64,000 bases of DNA, taken from positions 494,083 to 558,082 of the forward strand of contig NW_019091355.1 of NCBI RefSeq assembly GCF_001949145.1. The letters are read 5' to 3'. This DNA comes from Acanthaster planci. Taxonomy: Eukaryota. The notes below the pieces were generated by a model. It had not been told where the DNA came from and did not search any database. It was given only the letters and a program-made list of their open reading frames with translations. The position numbers were made by a program, and so were the translations under genes. This document shows, one piece after another, positions 10,887-21,485 of the stretch. The first letter of the stretch is position 1. The number at the start of each line of letters is the position of its first letter.

Positions 10887-13800
10887 CTATGCTCTGACTT
10901 CATGGTGGCGTTCAGTGGCTTGCAAGAGAAAATGGTCAGGAACGCGCGCAAAGCTCCCTTGACCCCGGAAGCAGAGTGGAGGTGAGATGTCGGCCTTCCG
11001 GAAGGAGAATCGATGCAAAAGGTGGCTGAAGAGAAGGTACATCTCCATCCGGGCAAGATGGCGACCAATGCAAATGCGATTACCTGTGCAGATGGTGAGA
11101 AAACATTCAATATGGACTCAGTTATTCAGAACTCTTTTCCCATAAGATACCACGTCTTACTGCACCACACTGACTTTCATTAACGCTGGGATCCTTCAAA
11201 ACGTTTATGAAAACACAACCATATTTAAGTGGCTGTCTGTGATGGCTCTTTTGTGTACGTAATGTGAGTACACAATAGTCACAAATGGTAGGTATGTATA
11301 ACCAAACTTGCCTGCACTGAACGACACGATGCCATCCCCTCCTATCACTGACCCAGACTCGCTCAAGAACCTCTCGGGGTTGAACTTTGCCGGCTCCTTC
11401 CATACCTTGGGGTTGTAGTGGATGGCCCACGTGTTCGGGATAACCGCGGTCTTGGCTGGAATTGTGTAGCCATAGAGGCTGAATTCATCCGTGGACATGT
11501 GGGCAGCTCCTAGCGGAGCCACGGTGGCAACACGCTGGAGCTCTAGGAGAGTGGCTTGCGTGTATGGTAGACCCGCTTCATCGGAGAGCTGAGGCATCCG
11601 ATCGGGGCCTACCACGCGGTCCAGCTCGGCCTGTACACGAGCCTGGATCTCTGGGTACGCGATCATATACAACAGAGCCCATCGGAGCGTGGTGGAGACA
11701 TTCTCCGTGCCCGCTGAGTACAGGTGGATCAAGGTATGTGGGAGATTCTCATAACTGATCTGCGACTTGGTGTTCCCGCTCTCCTTCCGGGCCAGAACCT
11801 CACTCAGGTAAGCATCCGTGAAATCCTTAGGATTCTCCGGGTCCAAGTTCTTACGGTGCTCCTTGACGATACCGATCATGTACCGCAGCTCCGTCGTCCC
11901 AAACTTGGCTAGCTTATTCTTGGAGGCCAGGGGAAGATGTTTGATGAGAGGAGCGCTGTTGATAGCTCCAGATGTGCCCATGAGGTGGGTGATCTCAGCT
12001 ATCATGTCAAGGAAGTCCTTATACTCCTTGTCATCGTACTCATGCCGGATGCTAAACAGCAGCGATGAAATGATGTTAGAGACGCAGATCATCATTGGAT
12101 ACTTAGGGTCAAAAGCCTTCCCTCCAAAGGCGGCAATCTCGTCCAAGACCGCCTTAACTTCCTGAGCAATCTTCTCCTCGTGGATCGGCCGGCCAGCTCC
12201 CAAAGTCTCCAGGGTTCGGATGGTGAAGCTTCGTTGCTCTCTCCAGCAATCCCCAGAGGCAAAAGCAACACCTGTTTGAACCAAAACAGGACTTGGTTCA
12301 GTGAAACTATAAAGCTTTGTAAAGCAGACGTATAATGTTCTCGGTCTTTGGAACTGCACGCTTCATAAGGCCTGTTACCTTTGGCATATGCTCATCTGTT
12401 GAGCTATTCAACCCATAGACTGGAGACAGTCCTCAGCATATCATGCACACAAGGACATCCAACGCCAATGGCGATGGAACCGGGGACAAGGAACTCACTT
12501 CCGTCTTCTTTGACTGAGGGCATGCCCCCTTTTTGGTCGAAACAAAATGGGGCGGGGCTTAATGGGTCGGTCTTTTAATGGCTGATGCCTCGTTTCACAA
12601 CTGCCCCTCCCCCACTTTGAAAATCATTCGACCGGTGTTGTCCAACGCCCTGCCTAGTCGCCAGAGCTTTTAAAATCGTACACCGACGCATCATGCTGTA
12701 ATCCCCCATACCATTCAAGTATGCGGACACTTGGATTGTGCGCATTCTCCAAAACGGTACCCGGAATATTTCCGTGGGCATTGTTGGAGGAATGTGGCCT
12801 GTAGTGGCTACGATTTGAGACTCTTGTTAAGCTGGGTGATCGAATCCAGCAGGTTGCAAAATGTTGAGTTCATTAAACAAATCACTTTTACCTTGCTTGC
12901 CTCTCTGCCGTGGTATTGTTTTAACAAGTCACTGGTAAGGGAAACACTATAACGTGTACATATTCTGTTTGTCGACTGCTCTTTTGTAATGAACGGGGAA
13001 ACTGTGAAGCGCTTGAAGACCTTCAACTATGTAAGCATTTCAATTATTGGTATCTTCGCCTTTGGGGGCAAAGAAAAGAGCACCATCTCTAACTGACATC
13101 AAAGTGTATTATGTGAGAGCTATTAACTCTGTCTACATTGTTTTCATAGCTACGATCGGCAGTAACAGACAAGTTAGTGAGGATAGAGTTAGCCGCATGC
13201 AAGCGGCTTTCACAGACCAAGGTGTCATTTTCAAACCATTATACCGATCGATTCGATCATTACTTAGACCCTGTTACCACTACACAAACCTTGTTTACCA
13301 AGCGCTCACAATGACAACCTGCCGAATGCATTGATCATAATGCTGGCTTACTATTACAGAAATTATCCTTGAAGTATTACTTATTAAAGAGAATTAGTCG
13401 TTATCCGTCTTTGGTAAATGCGTCTTATTTGCATTTAGGATCATTTTGCCTGTTACAAGTTGAGTACGGATAAATAATTACATTCATTTGATGACTCAAA
13501 GTTTTCATAACAAGAACTGGGCCTACATAATATTTGATAACGAAAAAAAACCACAGAACAGAAAAGGAGAAAGCCATACGGGTCTTGGAATTATTTTTTT
13601 TTGCGTTGTTGTTTAACTAATACTGCTTGACGTTTGTCTTTTGGAGTCCCTCTGACGTTTGAGAAGTCAGCTGTAGCTTTATCACTCCGGTTAACCAGAC
13701 GACCCTGCAAACGGATAGTCACAAAGTCCGCTAACTGTGTCAACGAACTTTTGCAAGCTCCAGTCTGATCTTTGTCCACGGCAGTGTTGAGTGCTCATTT

Positions 13801-15606
13801 GTTATTCCTTTGGTTCTTTTATATGTCATTTAGAATGTCATAAGCAAAGAGGTTAGCACATAGAATATTTGGCTGTTGAACAAATTGGTGCTACCAAATA
13901 CGTTAGTAAGGTTGTTAGGGCTGTTTGGGCAATACCATTTCATCTGTCTACCTTTGGCACGGTTCAAGTTCATTGTTATCGCGATAGGTTAATACTTGAC
14001 AAAGGCATTGTGTTTTGCCAATCACGGGGTTCCGCTGAAGCATAACCTTGGGTAAGATTTGTCCAATTTGGTTGAATGATTTGCCTGGAAAGTGAAAGCG
14101 AATTTTATATTTACCAGAGGATATCCACTTGTAAGCAAAGACTATCCTTAAAATTTAACCTTATTTTTTTAAGGGAATAAGAATCTTTATTTTTCTCGTT
14201 TGGGGTTTTCAGTTTTAAGGATCAGTCAACGAAATTTTTTCTTCGAATTACTCTTTGTGCATGTTTAAACTACTCTTCAATTTATGAAAGCTGTTTGAAA
14301 TATATATGGAGTTAAGTGAAATGTAAAGTTTACTTTTAAACATTCAAAATTATTCAAGCTTTTCAAGACAAATGGGGGCGCTGTTAGTGCGATGTAAATC
14401 TGGGAAGACACTCTTCAGTTTTCATTTTTTCATTTTCAAATTTTGAACCTTAAATTTGCTCTTTGGAAACTTTTTTGACAAAAGGTTGCTCGTTGGCATA
14501 ATAGCCATTAACTTATTAAACATTAACTTTCTAAAGGAAATGGAAATTTTCGACAGCAAAGTATAAACAATAGAGCAATTGTGTCAAAATTCATTCAACA
14601 TTTAGGTTCGGTGCCATTGGATTACATACAGCTTTCTCATGAATATACAAATTTGGCTAAGCATGAACCCCCCAAAGGCCCCAGAATACAGAAAAAATAG
14701 CAAAATAAAAACTGAAAATAATTTTAGTTGAAAAGCAGAGGTTCAGTTTCCAGTAGTTTAGTAAAATATTTCTACATTTTTTTTTAATCTTTATTTTTGG
14801 CGCTACACAGACCTACTCCAGATGAAGTGTTTTGAACTGATTAAAGCAGGAAAGGCAATAAAACACGGACCGCTGCCGTGATATGAAGAAATCAAATTAT
14901 GCCGATTGAACTATGAAAAGAAATACTGATCACTAATGTACATGTTTTCGTTTTGCCTGATGAAATCGTGCTCATTTTCATGATCAAAATGGAACTTGTT
15001 TTGAGACGTGGAAACTGTTCACGGAGAGGTCTCAGCATACAATGAGTTAAACGTGCTCAAAACTGAAGGTCCAGATTCCCACCTCTTGGCCAGCTGTGAC
15101 TCAAAAATCCAAATCAGCTTCTGGTTAGTGTCGAATGAACGCCATGTGGTGTTGAGATAATACACAGTCAAAGACACTATAATGTACTACCAGATATACG
15201 GAACGGAATTAATTTCATGACACCTTTTTGCATATATACCTTTGCCGAGGGAATGGTTTTTTATATTCATTCTTGGTCGGTCGTTCATCTCCTTTCGCTG
15301 GTAAGCCTCCTTGATCGCCTCGGCATCGTTCAAGACGATTACCACTCGTCCAAACGCCTTGAAGCTGAACACCTTGCCGTACTTGACAGCCACTCTAGCC
15401 AGGGCCTCGTGTCGCTGCAGCCCGTAGATCAAGTCCATCAGGATGAAATACGGCACCAGGCCGAAATATGGCAACCCCCATGGTCCGGGCGGAAGATTCA
15501 CTTTGCTCTTCCACATGCTGTAAGCGACGAAGAGTGACATGGCTAGTAACACTGCCACGTTGCGGTTGAGCATTTGCTCAAAGATGTATTGCAGAGTGGA
15601 CTCCAT
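10887..15606 (-). CDS. Cytochrome P450, CYP2 clan (CYP2U/2J-like), 507 aa, 3 coding exons
   Basis: Exons 15606-15240, 12271-11312 and 11083-10887 (1524 nt; both introns phase 1). Motifs present: N-terminal anchor, LPPGPWGLP hinge, WREQR (C helix), AGTEN (I helix), ELQR (K helix), FNPERF, and the heme motif FSAG|NRICIG spliced across intron 2. Intron 2 uses a GC donor. The start ATG at 15606 is inferred. Confidence 0.93.
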
Positions 15607-16026
15607 GTTGTCGATGTTCAGCTTGGCAGAGAGAGTAATCCCTAAATCAGACAACCTCGAAATGAAAGATAAAATGTGCCGAAGACCGACTCGAATAAGC
15701 ACCTTATCGCCGACAGGTTGCACCAGGTTCGGAGTCTATACAGCATCTGCACCGCGTTGTCTGTACAGTAAACAGTCACTCGTATCGCCCTATTCATGTT
15801 CCAGAGCACAAATAGGCCTACGCTTGTGTGGAAAATTTATTCATGTTGGACACGAACACTTGATCATAATGACCTCTGGTACACACTGTACGTAGTATGC
15901 GCTTTCAAGTGGGTCACAGTGGGCCGTGGGTTACTGGTGCACTTGGCAATATGAAGGAACTGTGACGTCACAGTAGAGCTATACACGTACATACTTCCCC
16001 TCATTCGCTGTCTGGTTTATACGAAG

Positions 16027-16273
16027 CTATGAAGTGGTATAATGGACAAGGCGAAAAAATTCTCTCCCCCTTGAGCTAACTCGTACGTAGACCTACGATT
16101 TATGCGTTGTACGTACGAGATATAACTCATAAGTACGGCATACAAGTCGTACGTACGATATAGAAGCCGTACGTACGACATAGGAGCCGTACGTGCAACA
16201 TATAAGTCCTACGTACGACATAGCTCAAGGTGGAGAGATTTTTTTTCGCCATGTCCCTAATACAACTTCGTAG
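16027..16273. mobile_element. MITE-like element with about 50-bp terminal inverted repeats and internal 20-bp tandem repeats
   Basis: Left arm CTATGAAGTGGTATAATGGACAAGGCGAAAAAATTCTCTCCCCCTTGAGCTA pairs with right arm TAGCTCAAGGTGGAGAGATTTTTTTTCGCCATGTCCCTAATACAACTTCGTAG. The interior consists of GTACGTACGAYATA-type units. Confidence 0.75.
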
Positions 16274-19263
16274 AACTGTTTCACTTTCACAGCGTATATT
16301 CAAGCAAACAATTATGAAATTGCAATCCATGTTATGTACGTGTAAATAGGCTTCGAGACGTGGGCGCAAGTGAAAAATACAATGAACAATAAAAAAGATA
16401 AAGAATAAAAAAGTAAATGAAACTAAAATGTTAGAAAGTTTCGAAAACGGGGGAGGGGGACTCTTCCCATTCTAGTCAAAGGACTATGGCAGCCACTGGA
16501 ACTTGGAAATAGTTTGACTAGACCCTGTCCCAATAATGAACAAATTATGGATCGGTAGCTTGCTCGCAATTGATAAAGGTAAAGGAACCTTTGTTTGAAC
16601 TTTGAACATTAAAAATGTGTGCTAGTGAGGTCATTGGTAGTGTGGCCATCTTACGCGTCATGCACGCCGTGGTTGTTCATTATGGCATGGTAATAGACTT
16701 ATTCAGTTTCTCTCGAAACGTTTGTGATCACGTCTTTTGGCATAAATTCACAGTCACCGATTGTTCACGTGTATGAGCAATACCAACTTTGTGTTCCACT
16801 TGTGAAGAAGAAAAAAACAAAAATATTTCTTTGGCATATGTTTACTTGTTACATTATAGGGCATTTTGTAGGCTAATTTACTCATTACATTCGGTGCTCG
16901 AAGGACGTATGGTAACTAGGCCTATGTAGGGAACTGTAGCCAGTCTATAAAATAGTCGGAATCCTTTGGCTTGGACGTACATGTACACAGTTCGCCGCGG
17001 GAAGTGCATAAATTAATGCTCATGTATGACACACAAATGTTAAAGGTCAACCTAATAACGTTCACCGCAAAGTCTCTTGTTGGGGTGCCGTCTCTTGCGT
17101 CTTACATGTATACATGATTCTTCAATGGAAAATGTGGTCCAACCAGACGTTCACACATGAATATGTCGTACCATGGCGCCTCGAGTTTTCCGCGTAGGTC
17201 TACCGCATTATCAACTACGGTGCCCTGGAGTGCTTTCCTGATTAATTTTACAATACGATGATCTTTCAGGAAAGAATATCTCCGATGTTGAGAAGTCTTT
17301 TTACTGTTTCGCTGCCAACCCGAAGGTTTGATGTCAACAACATGAGATGAATATCCACGGTGCGACGACACACTGAAGGATTTATAACGCTTGACATTCT
17401 GATGAACAGAATGTTGACATCATGAGTTAATTGATTACAGTATGACAAAATCCCGAGAATAGGATCGATATCCCTATGAAATTATTTTTTCACTTTCAAG
17501 AGATCACTATTCTGTTACTTTTTTTTCGATACTGTAGGGTTATTCTTACGTTCTTCGTTCATTTTCTACCTGTCTTTTCCACCTCATATATGGGGGGGGG
17601 GCGTGTCGTCATGTGGTAGGATGGCTCTGTAGAGGTGCTGGCCACCTGTTCCATCTTGCCATCCACTGGCTTTTTAAGCGTATTCTTTTTTATGGCCGTC
17701 ATCTGTTTGTTGTTGTGCCATGTCAATTGTTTTATGTATATGTTTTTAATGTATATATTTTTTTTCGGTTTAATAGGCAGTGGCAAAGTGTAATAAAATA
17801 AAAACATATAAAAATTATTTTGAACATGCTAAATCACAGGACATTATTCGAAATGGAGCTTAAATGACGGCTCAGCTGTCTGGTAAGGGTTTTGACCTTC
17901 AAAAATGAGAATTGTGCTACACGTATTGACCTATGATTGATCCAAGGACACTGACAAAATCATTCACAGACACATTATCATTGTTAACTTATTCAAGTGC
18001 ACAGGGTATCTATTTTTATCCTTTGTTGGACAACAACGTTGCAAGTATATACTATACAAGTACATTGTACATTTATAATTATACAATTACAGCTCTGTTT
18101 AATAACGTTTGTTAGCAAGGTCTTTCAGGGACGCGTTAAGACTTGGGTTGCAGAATAGCAAATAAAGCACCGCAGAAAAACGGGCGTAGGCTAAATATCT
18201 TAACTTTGAAAACAAAAACCCGAAAAAATACTACTCAGTATTGAATATATTCAAGAAGCACATCAAGTGAAACTTGTGCTGACTATTTGTAACTTTTAAT
18301 CAGTTTTTTGGGAGGTGGGTGACACTTTTTAAGCAAATTACTGTTCCTTTGCTACAAGTGCAAGAGCTATTTATAGAGAGAGTTGAGCGACATAAGTGTC
18401 TCAAATTGTTGGAACCAAAATGGTAGATTATGCGTCAGTGCACATGGATGATTAGCGCACAATAGCTGCATGTCGTGCTGCCCACGTAGTAAACAGCCAT
18501 TTTGCTGTAAAAATCTGGAGTTGGCCCAACAGTCTCTATATACAGCTCCGTTAAGTGCGAAAGGAAACCGGCCTCATGCGACTAAACATGAAGAGGAGGC
18601 ACCGTAGCGCTGTCCAGCACATTCTGGGGTGTTCATCAGGGATTTCTGAATGCTGTGTCATTTTCACTGCAGGAGTCAGACACTATATTGGCCAAATCGA
18701 TGGTCGGGTGGAGTGATTCGACAGGCATGGGAAATTAGGACGGCCTTGCGGAAGTCGTCAGGCACGCTCAACGCCAACCCCAACCTATTGCAGAAAGCTA
18801 AGCACTTTTTAGTCATGTGACAGGCTGAGGTGAGTGCAGATATACTCAAAAAGAAGTGGCGTAAATGGGGGGGGGGTCTTTACACCCGCCCCGCTCAGAA
18901 ATTAGAGAAGAAAAAACCTCGTTGTATCCGGTTTCGTCATTGTTTTAACTTGAATCGAACCCATTGGATGTTCCCTTCATACAGAAATAAAGGGCCTCCT
19001 AAGTGCCCCCTGCAAAATGTACTCTAGTTACGCCACTGTCAAACAGACTGAATTTATTTTGCATCTTTACCTGCAAGTGATACAAGTGCACTACTTGTAC
19101 ATGCATGCGATCTCCGTGAAAATTTCCGTGTAAATACAGCAGACTTATTTGACTTAAAGCATAAATTTGTGACATATAAGGTGCAGTCTGGACCAGTAAA
19201 CGAAACAAGAGGAACAGTGTCACATTGAGAGCCTGACTAGCCTCACACTCTACACCTCATAAT

Positions 19264-20122
19264 AGAGCCTGAACATTGACCCCTGGTGGCGCGCTTCCGG
19301 AACGATTGGAAAGGAAAAATAACGTGCAAAGATTTTAGAATTTGTAATATTTTTTCGTTCAGTTACTTCTTAAAAATCCAACTCGGAAAAGAGGCTTTGA
19401 AAAATATTTGCTAGTATATCAATTTATACAAACTGAAAAATCACCTGACCTAAAAAAGAAATATCCTGCCAAAACTGACTCAACACTCCCGAAAATCTGA
19501 AATACATGAAGAATATTTCAATAACGCAGTCTCGTACCCAGATTGACATATACGGTTTGAAATTTTATAGTAGTCCGTCGGTAAAAGCCGAAATAAAAAA
19601 AAACAGATTAAAATATTTTACACAGTCCTATGATTTATAAGTCATAAACTTAAAGCAACAATACTTCAGTTACGAAAGATTCTGATCTTTTATCTAACCG
19701 TTGCTAACAACTGCGTGGTGCCAACTCAACGGAATCCAGAACCCATCGATTGCAGGTAGGTAAATCTTTGCAACTTTGTACAGTCTCGTTTTCACGTAAG
19801 CACAGGCAGAAAGGCTTTCAAGAAAGCACAGCGAATGAAAACAAACGTGCATGAACATGGAGACCTAGGTACGATATCGCCGAAAGTGAAAGGTCTTTAA
19901 GAAAATTCGGTTTTTACCTATCTCCATGTGACTTTTCCTAAATATTACTTGAGGAAGACAAAAGTAAAATTCCAACATGAGTGTTTCATGGGGTGGTTCC
20001 ACTTAGGAATTATTCTTCCAAAAATTACCGAACGTGATAGGACGGCCCAATGTAAAATCCCTACAGGAGGACCGCGCGAAGGTTCCGGAAGCTCGCTGCG
20101 TGACCTTTTACTTTCAGGCTCT
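19264..20122. mobile_element. Non-autonomous DNA transposon, about 850 bp, copy 1
   Basis: Termini are AGAGCCTGA...TCAGGCTCT with a subterminal inverted GCTTCCGGAAC/GTTCCGGAAGC. It is colinear and clearly homologous to 33473-34311. No ORF and no TSD seen. Confidence 0.85.
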
Positions 20123-20231
20123 ATTGTCAACAAAAAGTGAGGGTATAGTGAGAACGGAGTAAACACCAGTGGGATGGGACGTTCATAATAATATTCACCC
20201 CACCAAAAGTCATTAAGTCATGGCTTGTCTC

Positions 20232-21485
20232 TCAACAAACTCTTCTGAAAAAGACCGCGCATTCCTTACGAAAATGGCGATTGGCTACACCATAGATAAG
20301 CGGGTTAACGATGCTGTTGAAGGGGACTGATATGGCCACACTGAACAGCTTAGCGAGTACACCCTCTCCAAGTGTCCCTCCGTTAAGCGCAAACAAATCC
20401 GCAGCGATGAAGATCCAGTAGGGTAGCCAGGCTAACAAGAACACCACGCCAGTTATGAACAGCATTCGGGTTACCCTTCTCTGCATGAAATCCCTCATTA
20501 AGGGCGGGTTAGTTTGGTGAGGCTTCCCTAGCCGAATGTGCATTTGTACTTCTCTCCTGTAGGCCCATCTTTGCTCTTGGGTATCGACGCCGGCGGACGG
20601 GGGATTTTGTAAAGGCAATTCCTTTGGAGTTGATTTTTCAACTGCTGATTTGTGCGCATTGAATGTCTGATGGGACTTTGAGGATGACGATTTGAGCGTA
20701 GTAAACATGGTTGATGGTTTTGATGCATGCGGTGTTGGTGTTGATGATTCCTTGTAAGTTGACGCAAATTCAGTTTTTATCGCAGAAGCGTCAGTCTTAT
20801 CTGGTTGCATGTTGAGTTTGTAGCTAATAGTGGGTATGACTGGATTTTTGGGGGGCAGAAATTCAGCACGAATTTTAGCTCGCCTTCGAGTGGTCGCATA
20901 CACATTTCCATAGCAAACGATCGTCAAGAACAGAACAATCAAATACTCAGTTATATGAATACTGTGGGAGGTTTTCCTCCAGTTCGGAGATTGAAGGATC
21001 GTGCCGATGAAGTTGGGCATCTCCAGAAAAACAGAAGTAGCAAAGGATCCCAACAAAGCAATTTTGGCCCGTCGTCTGTTGAAGAGCCTCCGGTGTGGCC
21101 TACACACGCTGTCGTAGCGGTCAAACGCAATGATTCCAGTTAAAACGCCGGACATCCCCAAAGCGAATCTCCCAGGCACTGCAAAAACCTCCGTGATAAG
21201 TGGAGATTCTCTATCAAGAGCCATGTATGAGAACTTGAAGATATTCCGGATCCGACATAAGCAAACCGTCAAGTCGACACCAGCAAGACCCATAATGAGA
21301 ATTTGGGTACTGTTCTTACGCATTTTGCTTTTGTAAACCAGAAGGATTAAGGAATTACCCAAAAAACCAGATATAAGGATGAAAGTATTGAGAAACACTC
21401 TACAGATGGCCAATTCTTTACTGATATTGTTAATATCAGGCAAAGGAGGCAGATCAGAGTCAGATGAAGCTTCAGTGCTTGCCAT
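20232..21485 (-). CDS. Intronless class A (rhodopsin-like) orphan GPCR, 417 aa
   Basis: Single ORF with TM1 GN (FLGNSLILLVY), TM2 LAxxD (LAGVDL), TM3 DRY (AFDRYDSVCRP), TM6 FLLAWLPYW and TM7 NSIVNPLIY. It also has helix 8 (NRHFRKE) and a long Ser/Thr-rich third intracellular loop. Confidence 0.92.
   Translation of the reverse strand: MASTEASSDSDLPPLPDINNISKELAICRVFLNTFILISGFLGNSLILLVYKSKMRKNSTQILIMGLAGVDLTVCLCRIRNIFKFSYMALDRESPLITEVFAVPGRFALGMSGVLTGIIAFDRYDSVCRPHRRLFNRRRAKIALLGSFATSVFLEMPNFIGTILQSPNWRKTSHSIHITEYLIVLFLTIVCYGNVYATTRRRAKIRAEFLPPKNPVIPTISYKLNMQPDKTDASAIKTEFASTYKESSTPTPHASKPSTMFTTLKSSSSKSHQTFNAHKSAVEKSTPKELPLQNPPSAGVDTQEQRWAYRREVQMHIRLGKPHQTNPPLMRDFMQRRVTRMLFITGVVFLLAWLPYWIFIAADLFALNGGTLGEGVLAKLFSVAISVPFNSIVNPLIYGVANRHFRKECAVFFRRVC

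Noticed and set aside
11205..11311. P450 as a truncated pseudogene lacking the heme cysteine
   Set aside because: A GC-AG splice to exon 11083-10887 restores FSAGNRICIG and a normal C-terminus.
11564..12165. Plus-strand ORFs opposite the P450 exon (and likewise opposite the GPCR at 20805-21336)
   Set aside because: They are antisense shadows of GC-rich coding sequence and contain no recognisable domains.
17102..17371. Peptide GTVVD...PWYDIF resembling a Piwi-domain segment
   Set aside because: The spacing differs from Piwi, the flanking motifs are absent and there are no supporting exons nearby. It is probably chance; a BLASTx search would settle it.
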